Source of the DNA: a virus
Reading direction: 5' to 3' (one strand)
Length of the DNA stretch: 64,000 nucleotides
Virus record (IMG/VR): IMGVR_UViG_3300027749_000039
Coordinates: 1 to 64,000 of that record
Position 1 is the stretch's first letter, and each line of letters starts with the position of its first letter. The notes under the pieces were generated by a model. It saw nothing but the letters and a program-made list of their open reading frames with translations, made no database searches and was not told where the DNA came from. The translations under genes were made by a program, and so were the position numbers. This document shows positions 50,710-58,632 of the stretch, piece after piece.

Positions 50710-51099
50710 ATGTTTAGCGATTTTACTTCATTTATATATACGCTTAATCCAGAGCAAAGATTAAGATTTGCTAATTTCCTACAAACTCTCATAGACGATG
50801 GTATAGAAGTTGCCTATAAACATAGGCATAGAGATATTAAGATATCTTCTGTAATTGAAGAGATGCATGAAATCACCGAGTGGGAAAAGATTAAAGAAGC
50901 CCAGGAATTAGCTGCTTCAAAAGGTGAAACAACTATACCAGAAGATGATTGGGGTGTTCATAGAACACACTGTTGTAATAAACATGGTTGTAAATATGGT
51001 GATCCAGATTGTCCTGTTGCGATAAATCTATTAAAACAGGATTATCCATGTGAAACATGTCACTATGATAATGATTATTTTCTAAATTTACCCGGATAA
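50710..51099 (+). CDS. Hypothetical protein with Cys/His-rich C-terminal motif
   Basis: VHRTHCCNKHGCKYGDPDCPV...PCETC. Confidence 0.7.
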   Translation: MFSDFTSFIYTLNPEQRLRFANFLQTLIDDGIEVAYKHRHRDIKISSVIEEMHEITEWEKIKEAQELAASKGETTIPEDDWGVHRTHCCNKHGCKYGDPDCPVAINLLKQDYPCETCHYDNDYFLNLPG

Positions 51100-51396
51100 A
51101 TAGAACGTAAAGGATGCCCTTGTGGTATATCTTTGGCTCTCATTCCAAATATTTTTGGCTCTGGACACATATCTTTACCATCCATTAGATAGTTATTATT
51201 ACAACACCAAGTTTCTATTCCTCTATTATACGGTTGTCCTTCTTCGTATGTGAATCTGATACCATCAGGTTTTACTATATTTTGTATTCTACCACCAATT
51301 ACATCAAATGTAATTATTAGTGTATTATTGCGTTTGTTTTTAAGTTCAACGCTTCTTTTATAGGCTTCGTTAATAAAGTCATCTAAATTTTTCCAT
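51075..51396 (-). CDS. Hypothetical protein; natural ATG (51396) is one base out of frame
   Basis: ATG GAA AAA TTT AGA TGA versus in-frame NLDDFINEAY; promoter directly upstream. Confidence 0.55.
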
Positions 51397-51400
51397 ATAG

Positions 51401-51416
51401 TATATATTAATATATA
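51401..51416. promoter_or_regulatory. Perfect palindrome forming divergent AATATATA promoters
   Basis: TATATATTAATATATA between divergent starts at 51396 and 51421. Confidence 0.7.
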
Positions 51417-51420
51417 GTTT

Positions 51421-51981
51421 ATGAAAAAATTTAGTAGATTAAAACCTGAGGATAAAAAAGTTGACAATTCAAATAAAGTAGCTTATAAGGATAAAAACTT
51501 AACAATTACAAAGTATGAAGATTGGAGTATTGTGACTGATAGAGATGTAGTTGTTTGTATTCCATATTTAATTGAATTAAATAAATTTATAATACGCCAA
51601 GAATATATTCCTTCATATAAATATTCTGACGGACAAGAATTACACATTTGTTTAGTTGGCGGTGGTATTGAAAAAGGTGAAACACCAGAAGCAGCATTAT
51701 TAAGAGAACTTCAAGAAGAAGCTGGTATAGTAGTAAGACCTAATTTTAAAGTTGAGATAGATAAACCTTTATTTATGTTTAAAGGTGGTTCAAATAAATA
51801 TTATATGTCTATTTTAACTTTAACTGAAAATGACTACCATGAAATTGCGGTTGATAAAACACAAGAACATAGATTAGATATGGCTGCTAAGGTTGATATA
51901 AAGTATATAAATTCTTTAAATGTAAGTGATGTTATCACGGAATTAATGTTGGAAAGATTTAAAAAATATGCTAATCTATGA
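51421..51981 (+). CDS. NUDIX hydrolase
   Basis: Nudix box GGGIEKGETPEAALLRELQEEAG. Confidence 0.9.
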   Translation: MKKFSRLKPEDKKVDNSNKVAYKDKNLTITKYEDWSIVTDRDVVVCIPYLIELNKFIIRQEYIPSYKYSDGQELHICLVGGGIEKGETPEAALLRELQEEAGIVVRPNFKVEIDKPLFMFKGGSNKYYMSILTLTENDYHEIAVDKTQEHRLDMAAKVDIKYINSLNVSDVITELMLERFKKYANL

Positions 51982-52441
51982 TATATTTAAAATATTTTGA
52001 AGATACTTCCAATTTCGAATTCAAAAAAACTCAAAAAGATGAAAATACCGAAATAGTTGCCTATTTTAAAGGCAGAGAAAAGGTAAAATCTGGTTCAATA
52101 ATATATCAAACCTTGTTTGATGATAGTGGTTGGTATTGGTTTGATGGATTAATATCCGAAGAGCAATATGTAGATTTATTTGAGGATAAAAATTTTGTTA
52201 TAATTGAGAATATAAAAGTTGATCCAAATTTCCAAAAATCCAAAAATCTGGATTAGGCACTTTTTTAATGAATAAAGCATTGGAATTAATCCAAAAAAAT
52301 GGAATTAAATTAATTGTATTAAATGCTAGTCCATTAGGACAAGATATATCTTTAGATAATTTAGTAGTATTTTACAAAAAATTTGGATTTAAAATATTTA
52401 AAAATCAAGGTAATAATGTTATAATGATTAAAAGATTTTAA
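51978..52441 (+). pseudogene. GNAT acetyltransferase disrupted by an 8-bp tandem duplication
   Basis: CCAAAAAT x2 at 52232-52247; removing one copy gives IENIKVDPNFQKSGLGTFLMNKALELI...LNASPLG...LVVFYKKFGF. Confidence 0.8.
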
Positions 52442-52998
52442 TCTATAGGATCACTAAATCTATCGAGATTTCTTATATTTTGTTTTATATTTGGTGATGT
52501 ATATTCAATTGGTGCAAATTTATAATTAACACGCTTTTCTTTTTGAATTATATCCATAATTTGTTCTCTACATTTTTCTGGAATTGTATCAAATTTATCA
52601 ATAAATTCTTGTATTTTATATGCTTTACTTCCATTATTGAAAATTTCCCTTTCGATTTCTTCTTTTGTTATAAAAAACGGATCATCTGATATTTTTTCAA
52701 AAAAATGCACACTTGACTTATCAGACCAATCCATATTTTTAGATACCAAATCATAACTTAATCTCATTTTATAACCATCTTTAAATAAAAATCTAAATAA
52801 AACTTTATCACCATCTTCGGCTATTTCATCAAAAGTATTTATTTTAGTTGAGCACCACCAAGTTTTATGACCATAAATATGTGAAGCTCTTTGAGTTTTT
52901 GGTATTAGACAAATTAAATTAGAATCTCGGTAGATTATATCTACTTCTTCTTTAATATCGCATTTATTTAGTTCCTCAAATAGTTTTAAATATTTCAT
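52438..52998 (-). CDS. Hypothetical protein with MKYL-type leader
   Basis: MKYLKLFEEL; LIPKTQRASHIYGHKTWWCST motif. Confidence 0.7.
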   Translation of the reverse strand: MKYLKLFEELNKCDIKEEVDIIYRDSNLICLIPKTQRASHIYGHKTWWCSTKINTFDEIAEDGDKVLFRFLFKDGYKMRLSYDLVSKNMDWSDKSSVHFFEKISDDPFFITKEEIEREIFNNGSKAYKIQEFIDKFDTIPEKCREQIMDIIQKEKRVNYKFAPIEYTSPNIKQNIRNLDRFSDPID

Positions 52999-53009
52999 AT
53001 ACTATATAT

Positions 53010-53039
53010 AAAAAAAGCCACCAAATTTGGTGGCTTTTT
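53010..53039 (-). terminator. Intrinsic terminator
   Basis: AAAAAAAGCCACCA-AATT-TGGTGGCTTTTT. Confidence 0.8.
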
Positions 53040-53058
53040 GGCTGTTCGCTGTTAAATT

Positions 53059-53946
53059 TTAGATTCTTGTTCCACAAGAAGGACAGAATTTTTCTGTTCC
53101 CTTTAATTTGTTTCCACAATCAGAACAAAAGTTCTTCTTTAATTCCGATGTTTCTACTGGTTTCTTGCTATTTGGAAGTAATTGATAAGAAACTTTACTG
53201 ACACAGTATGCTTCAAAATCCATTTCAATTGCTTCAAATTTTTGTTGTGATTTATCACCTTTTTCTATTCTACCAGTCTCAGTTGTATCAGAAAGTGTTT
53301 TATTCTTAGATTTAGACCTAAGAATATCTGAACTTTTTGATTGCTCCGAAGTATTAGAATAAGATCTAATAGTGTTTGATGTATTTGATATGTTTGATGT
53401 ATAAAAACAATTACTACTTCCTAATGACATATTATTAATACTTACTTGAGAAGTAGTAATTAATGGATTTGTCCCAAATGTTATATTTCCACCATTCGTA
53501 GGTATAATAGTGTTATCAACTGTCCAAGTAATATTTGGATTACTATTTAGATTAACATAAGTATAACTGTTGGCGATAAATTTTGGTGTAGTTCTTTCTT
53601 TAAAGAAAGAAACTTCTACAAATCCATTATTAGCAACGGCATTTAATGCTTCTGTTGAGTTTTCTACGTCATAGGTTTTAAATAAAAATTTCTTTTTATC
53701 ATCTAAAAAGCAATCTAAATAAAATCTTTGTCCTGGTCTTAAAATTAAACCATTTTCTGAAACTTTTTTACCATTGATTTTAATTTCAGCTAATACTGAA
53801 TCTTGAAGTGGATTAAAGAGTTCGATTATAAACTCTTGGTTATTGTCTAAATAGACTTTATTATTAAGATATATTTTTTTACGTCCTCTATCTTTTGAGT
53901 TGACGATCCATGCGGAAGGATTTCCGTTGTTTGATGTGTAATACAT
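53059..53946 (-). CDS. Conserved phage protein with C-terminal double zinc ribbon
   Basis: IELFNP...ING...GLILRPGQRFYL; FCSDCG...FCPSCG. Confidence 0.7.
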   Translation of the reverse strand: MYYTSNNGNPSAWIVNSKDRGRKKIYLNNKVYLDNNQEFIIELFNPLQDSVLAEIKINGKKVSENGLILRPGQRFYLDCFLDDKKKFLFKTYDVENSTEALNAVANNGFVEVSFFKERTTPKFIANSYTYVNLNSNPNITWTVDNTIIPTNGGNITFGTNPLITTSQVSINNMSLGSSNCFYTSNISNTSNTIRSYSNTSEQSKSSDILRSKSKNKTLSDTTETGRIEKGDKSQQKFEAIEMDFEAYCVSKVSYQLLPNSKKPVETSELKKNFCSDCGNKLKGTEKFCPSCGTRI

Positions 53947-54098
53947 ACTATTCTTTTTGTTTTATATCCTGTATCTTTATCCTCCTTGTAAAGGACTCAA
54001 AGCAACCTAAAATTACTCGACACAAGTTAAGCGAACAGCTCAATCATATATATCGAAAATATATTCTTCTCTTTTCTTGTTTTTTGAAATTTTTTTCG

Positions 54099-54106
54099 TA
54101 TCTTTG
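54099..54106 (+). promoter_or_regulatory. Bacteroidota-type -7 promoter element at head of the tRNA/Pth2/HD cluster
   Basis: CG-TATCTTTG upstream of ATG 54114. Confidence 0.65.
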
Positions 54107-54113
54107 TAAAGAA

Positions 54114-54230
54114 ATGAAAAGAAACAAGATTAATAAATATCAATTAGAAAATCTAATGTTCTATATATTAGGATGTTTAATGATTGCAGCATTATTAGCT
54201 TGTATATATACAATAACTTATCAACCATGA
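54114..54230 (+). CDS. Small membrane protein (38 aa)
   Basis: MKRNKINKYQLENLMFYILGCLMIAALLACIYTITYQP; single TM segment. Confidence 0.5.
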   Translation: MKRNKINKYQLENLMFYILGCLMIAALLACIYTITYQP

Positions 54231-54406
54231 AAATATCAATTTCAGCAACAACATTAACAATAATACTAGCAATCCTTAAACTAACTGGTGTATTTGCATT
54301 ATCTTGGTTATGGGTGTTTTGTCCAATTTGGATACCAATAGCCTTATTTGCTGTATATTTATTATTAATGGTATTATTTGTTTTTATTGCAATTTTGTTT
54401 TCATAA
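54227..54406 (+). CDS. Small membrane protein
   Basis: LAILKLTGVFALSWLWVFCPIWIP motif typical of small phage membrane proteins; ATG 54227. Confidence 0.7.
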   Translation: MKISISATTLTIILAILKLTGVFALSWLWVFCPIWIPIALFAVYLLLMVLFVFIAILFS

Positions 54407-54411
54407 ATATT

Positions 54412-54484
54412 GAGGGTATAGCTCAGTTGGAAGAGCATCTGACTCTAAATCAGAGAGTCGTGGGTTCGAGCCCCACTATCCTCT
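54412..54484 (+). tRNA. Amber suppressor tRNA (anticodon CUA)
   Basis: Acceptor GAGGGTA/TATCCTC, D-stem GCTC/GAGC, anticodon arm TCTGA-CTCTAAA-TCAGA (CTA at 54445-54447), T-arm GTGGG-TTCGAGC-CCCAC, N73=U, CCA not encoded. Confidence 0.92.
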
Positions 54485-54491
54485 CTTAAAT

Positions 54492-54573
54492 GCGGTCTGA
54501 GTTTTAAATCTATCCTGGCGGAAGAGCATGGCACTAAACTATGTAACATTGGGTTCGAATCCTACAGATCGCG
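54492..54573 (+). tRNA. Atypical/degenerate tRNA-like element, probable anticodon CUA
   Basis: Acceptor GCGGTCT/AGATCGC, T-loop TTCGAAT, anticodon arm CATGG-CACTAAA-CTATG (A33 instead of U33), oversized D region. Confidence 0.55.
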
Positions 54574-54587
54574 CTAAAAATTAAAAT

Positions 54588-54812
54588 ATGATATCAATAA
54601 TATTATTAGCACTTACTATATGGTGTGGTTATAAGCTTGTTACAAGCGAGAATAAATTACTTTATTCAACATTAGTATTACTTATTGATGGCGCTTGGAT
54701 TGCATATAACTTATATACACATAGTTATATATATGCTGCATTTTGGGTAGTATTACTATTGTTTGATACAAGAACATACCAAAGATATAAAAATGAGCAA
54801 GAAGAAGATTAG
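54588..54812 (+). CDS. Small membrane protein
   Basis: 74 aa, three hydrophobic segments; ends in TAG. Confidence 0.65.
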   Translation: MISIILLALTIWCGYKLVTSENKLLYSTLVLLIDGAWIAYNLYTHSYIYAAFWVVLLLFDTRTYQRYKNEQEED

Positions 54813-55104
54813 AGAAATTTTTAGAAATGATGTCTTAAAAAGAGATAAGAATAAATGCCGCATATGTGGTGATTCTAAATCTAATCTAGATGCTCACCAT
54901 ATTACTGATAGGCATGAAATGCCTAGTGGTGGCTATGTTAAAGAAAATGGTATAACCCTCTGTGATAAAGAGGGTGGATGTCATATGAAAGCAGAACAAT
55001 ATCATATAGGTAATAAAGTTGAAGAAGGATTTATGCCAGATGATTTATATAAATTAATTAATTCAAGCTACGAAATAGCTTATTACGAATCTTTAAATCT
55101 TTAA
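54793..55104 (+). CDS. HNH endonuclease
   Basis: VLKRDKNKCRICG...LDAHHI...ENGITLC...CH; ATG 54793. Confidence 0.85.
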   Translation: MSKKKIREIFRNDVLKRDKNKCRICGDSKSNLDAHHITDRHEMPSGGYVKENGITLCDKEGGCHMKAEQYHIGNKVEEGFMPDDLYKLINSSYEIAYYESLNL

Positions 55105-55105
55105 T

Positions 55106-55273
55106 ATGGAGTATTTAGAAAAAACTAGACAAGAATTTTATAAATTAATACAAAGGCAAAACTTTAAATGGGAATTAATTGATAATATGCTTCTTGAAGA
55201 AGACGAACCAGCTAAACCTCTTAAAATAAGAGAAAAGAAAATTAAGGCAAAAATTGAATTAACAACAAATTAA
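55106..55273 (+). CDS. Small hypothetical protein (55 aa)
   Basis: MEYLEKTRQEF... fills the gap between co-oriented genes. Confidence 0.5.
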   Translation: MEYLEKTRQEFYKLIQRQNFKWELIDNMLLEEDEPAKPLKIREKKIKAKIELTTN

Positions 55274-55306
55274 AAAATAAATATATAAAAATAAAAACAA
55301 TTACTT

Positions 55307-55672
55307 ATGTTGTAGAACAAATTTAACGAAACAAAATTAGTGATAATATCTAGACAAGATATGTCATCAGGCTACCAAGTGGTCCAATCAGCACATGCTA
55401 TTGCGGATTTCGCAAGCGAACATCCCGAAACTTTTGAACAATGGAAAAAAGAATCTAATTCCATTATTTGCCTCTCAATCAAAGATGAGGAAACTTTATT
55501 AAAACTTCACGAAAAATTATCAAAGAAAACAGCAAGTTCATCATTTTATGAACCTGATGTTAATGCTTTTACGGCAATTTGTGTCTATGGCACACCTGAA
55601 ATCCGTAAAAGTCTTTCGCATTTGCCATTAGTTTTAAATAAAAAATCAAAAGATGGCGAAACGTGGTCGTGA
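55307..55672 (+). CDS. Pth2-like peptidyl-tRNA hydrolase with in-frame TAG at codon 3
   Basis: ATG TTG TAG AAC AAA TTT AAC GAA ACA AAA TTA GTG in frame with KLVIISRQD...YQVVQSAHA...SIICL...FYEPDV...TAIC...SHLPL. Confidence 0.75.
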
Positions 55673-55690
55673 TAAGTTAATATATACTTT

Positions 55691-56485
55691 ATGTATATAC
55701 GAAATTGTCCATCTTGTGGAAAAGAATTGACCTACACTACTAATTATAGTAAAAATAGGCAAGAAAAACTAAATAAATCTTGTAGAAGCTGTACTACCAA
55801 AAAGGAATATGTTATAAATCCGGATAAAAATAAAGGAGAAGAAAATGGTAGATTTGGAAAATCATTATTAGAAGTAATGAACAACAAATATGGTGAAAAA
55901 AAAGCAGAAATTAATTATAATAATTGGAAAAATAACAAAAATTCTTTTGGGATTAAAGAAAAAAATCCACAATATGGTATTTCCCCATTTAAGAATAATG
56001 GAATGTCATATAAGGGATGGTATAAAGGAATGTTTTTTAGAAGTAGTTTTGAATTGATGTTTATATTTGAAAATTATGATAAAAAAATAATTTCCGCAGA
56101 AACAAAAGAATATAGAGTTAGTTATAATTATTTAGGTAATGAAACACATTATTATCCGGATTTTTATAGCGAAACAAATAATACCATTTACGAAATAAAA
56201 TCTAAAAAATGGTTATTAGATAGTAAAAATCTTCTAAAAATAGAAGCAGGTAAGGAAGAATTTAAAAAAAGAGGAATTAAATATGAGGTATTATGTGAAT
56301 ATGATATGGATATATTTAAAAAATATAATTCTGATTGGCAGAAAATTATTTATGATTTTCTTTATGAATTAGTCATTTATAATGAAGTTAATTTAACAGA
56401 CTTGTCTTTTAAAAAATTAAAATTAAAATTGTTAAAAACAAAAAGGATTACAAAACTAAAAACAATAGAAAATACTATGAAGTAG
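55691..56485 (+). mobile_element. Putative homing endonuclease (zinc ribbon + NUMOD3-like + TnsA-like PD-(D/E)xK)
   Basis: CPSCG...CRSC, GEENGRFGK, NPQYG, FRSSFEL, HYYPDF, IYEIKS; ends at the TAG of the next gene's start. Confidence 0.7.
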
Positions 56486-57055
56486 ATAACATTATCAGCA
56501 TTAAGAGAAGCGATGGAAAGTTGCGAACAAACAAAGGGGGTCTCTACCTTACAACATGGTCTATCCGTTAAAAATTATTTATTTGATTTACTAACTCATT
56601 TAAGAAATGAAACGCCATTAAAATATGAATGGTCATTACCAAAATGGGTAATTGAGAACAAAGAATTTTTATTAGATAATTTATCTGATGATAAAACGCT
56701 ATCATTATATACCGAGTATCATGATTGTGGAAAATGGTCATGTCTTGAAGTTGATGATGACGGCAAAAGACACTTTCCAAATCATGCTGAGAAATCCTAT
56801 GATATTTTTAAACAAACATTTAAAAACCAAATAGCAGCTATATTAGTTAAACATGATATGGATATACATACTTTAAAAGCAGATGGTGTTGAAAACTTCT
56901 GTAAAAATCCATTAGCAATAACATTGTTATTAACTGGACTTGCAGAGATACACTCAAATGCTAGTATATTTGGTGGTATTGATAGCACAAGTTTTAAGAT
57001 TAAATTAAAAAGTATAACACAAAGAGGAAAACAAATTTTAAATATTCTAAAATGA
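56477..57055 (+). CDS. HD-domain hydrolase with in-frame TAG at codon 3
   Basis: ATG AAG TAG ATA ACA TTA TCA GCA TTA AGA GAA GCG ATG... in frame with CEQTKG...QHGLSV, YHDCGK, HFPNHAEKS, HDMDIH, AEIHSN; ATG 56513 is the alternative start. Confidence 0.7.
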
Positions 57056-57354
57056 TAGAAGTAATACAAGATACTACATCAAAATATGGACCATGGTTAG
57101 CCGAATTTGGAACTTATGAATTAGTAGACGACGGTATACTAACCGCAGATGAATCACAAATACTAGATGATTCTTCTGGTGAATATGAAGTATTGAAATG
57201 TAAATTGAAAAACATTGATTTCACAAAACTTCAATATGGTAGCAAATTTTTGAAAGTCAAAAGAAGTAATGGTAATATTGAAACTTGGTCATATGGTGGT
57301 CAAAGTAGAATTATTCCAGAAGAAAATTTTAGTTTTTTTACAAGACCGATATGA
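57052..57354 (+). CDS. Hypothetical protein
   Basis: 100 aa. Confidence 0.65.
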   Translation: MIEVIQDTTSKYGPWLAEFGTYELVDDGILTADESQILDDSSGEYEVLKCKLKNIDFTKLQYGSKFLKVKRSNGNIETWSYGGQSRIIPEENFSFFTRPI

Positions 57355-58391
57355 ATATAAAAGAAACATTTTTAAAACTAACTAGTAGAACTTATCCATA
57401 TGGTAATGAGCATCGTTTACGATCCTCATTGCCTAAAGATACTAAACGTGATAAACACGGTAATTTCTACTATAAAATAGGTTCATCAAGAACTATTTTT
57501 GCCTGTCATCTAGACACTGTTTCAAAAAAATATGAAGAAGTTGCTCATGTTTTTGACGGCAACATCATTAGAACAGACGGTAAAACAATACTAGGTGCTG
57601 ATGATAAAGCTGGTATGTGTGTGTTATTATATATGATTGACCAAAAAGTTCCTGGAACATATTTCTTCTTTGTGGGAGAAGAAGTTGGTTGTATTGGCAG
57701 TAAAGCAGCAGCATCAAAAGATAAGGATTTCTTTTTTGAATATGATAAGATAATATCTTTTGATAGGAAAGATACTTGTTCTATTATAACCCACCAAAGT
57801 TGGGAAAGATGCTGTTCAAATGATTTTGCAAAAGCTTTATCAAAAGAATATACCGATTTAGGTTTAGAACTAATACCTGATGATACAGGTGTTGGAACTG
57901 ATTCCGCCCAATTTACCGATATAATTCCTGAATGTACAAATATATCAGTAGGATATTATAAGGAGCATACACATGAAGAGCATCAAGATATAGATTTCTT
58001 GGAAAGACTTTGTATGGCTTCCGCTATTATTGACTGGGAAAGTTTACCGACTGCAAGAGATCCAAAAATAAAAGAATACAAAGAATATGATTATGATAAT
58101 CATTATTCAAAATGGATTAATAAGGAGCGTGAACGTGAAAAAGTATGTAAATGGAATTATGCCGATAATAGAAGAAAAGATAGAGTTGATTTAAGAAAAA
58201 CATACGGCTATAATGAAGATTTACCTATTGATGAAGAACTAAGAAGTAGATTGAATGATGCATCTTTATATGGAACTACGGATAGAAAAGATATATTTTT
58301 CGTATTCAGAGAATCTATGTTAGATAGAGGATTTTCAGCAGCAGAATATGGTATAATCGAGGAACAATATATTGATAACTATTTAGTTTAA
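57351..58391 (+). CDS. M28/M20-like zinc peptidase/amidohydrolase
   Basis: ACHLDTV, LGADDKAG, GEEVGCIGS, SFDR, SVGYYKEH. Confidence 0.8.
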   Translation: MNIKETFLKLTSRTYPYGNEHRLRSSLPKDTKRDKHGNFYYKIGSSRTIFACHLDTVSKKYEEVAHVFDGNIIRTDGKTILGADDKAGMCVLLYMIDQKVPGTYFFFVGEEVGCIGSKAAASKDKDFFFEYDKIISFDRKDTCSIITHQSWERCCSNDFAKALSKEYTDLGLELIPDDTGVGTDSAQFTDIIPECTNISVGYYKEHTHEEHQDIDFLERLCMASAIIDWESLPTARDPKIKEYKEYDYDNHYSKWINKEREREKVCKWNYADNRRKDRVDLRKTYGYNEDLPIDEELRSRLNDASLYGTTDRKDIFFVFRESMLDRGFSAAEYGIIEEQYIDNYLV

Positions 58392-58621
58392 ATCTTACTA
58401 ATAATTTGTGATGGTTTGATTAATTCATCAGGTGCATTTTGAATTTTCGACTTTTCATTATTATGAGAAACGAGGAATTTTTTCCCTTGTTTCTCTTTTA
58501 TTTTTACGGGAGTTATCATTTTTTTATACCAATATTCGATATAAACAATATCTCCTTCATCATAAGCAGATTTCTTTTCTAAAAGTGTCTCAAAATTTGA
58601 ATATTTAACTAAATAGTTCAT
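58388..58621 (-). CDS. Hypothetical protein with leader MNYLVKYSNFETLLE
   Basis: 77 aa, SH3-like size. Confidence 0.65.
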   Translation of the reverse strand: MNYLVKYSNFETLLEKKSAYDEGDIVYIEYWYKKMITPVKIKEKQGKKFLVSHNNEKSKIQNAPDELIKPSQIISKI

Positions 58622-58632
58622 ACACTATATAT

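Noticed and set aside
54130-54489. ORFs 54130-54438 (-) and 54304-54489 (+), plus the 5' extension of 53910-54230 (+)
   Set aside because: They overlap the tRNA or better-supported genes; shadow frames
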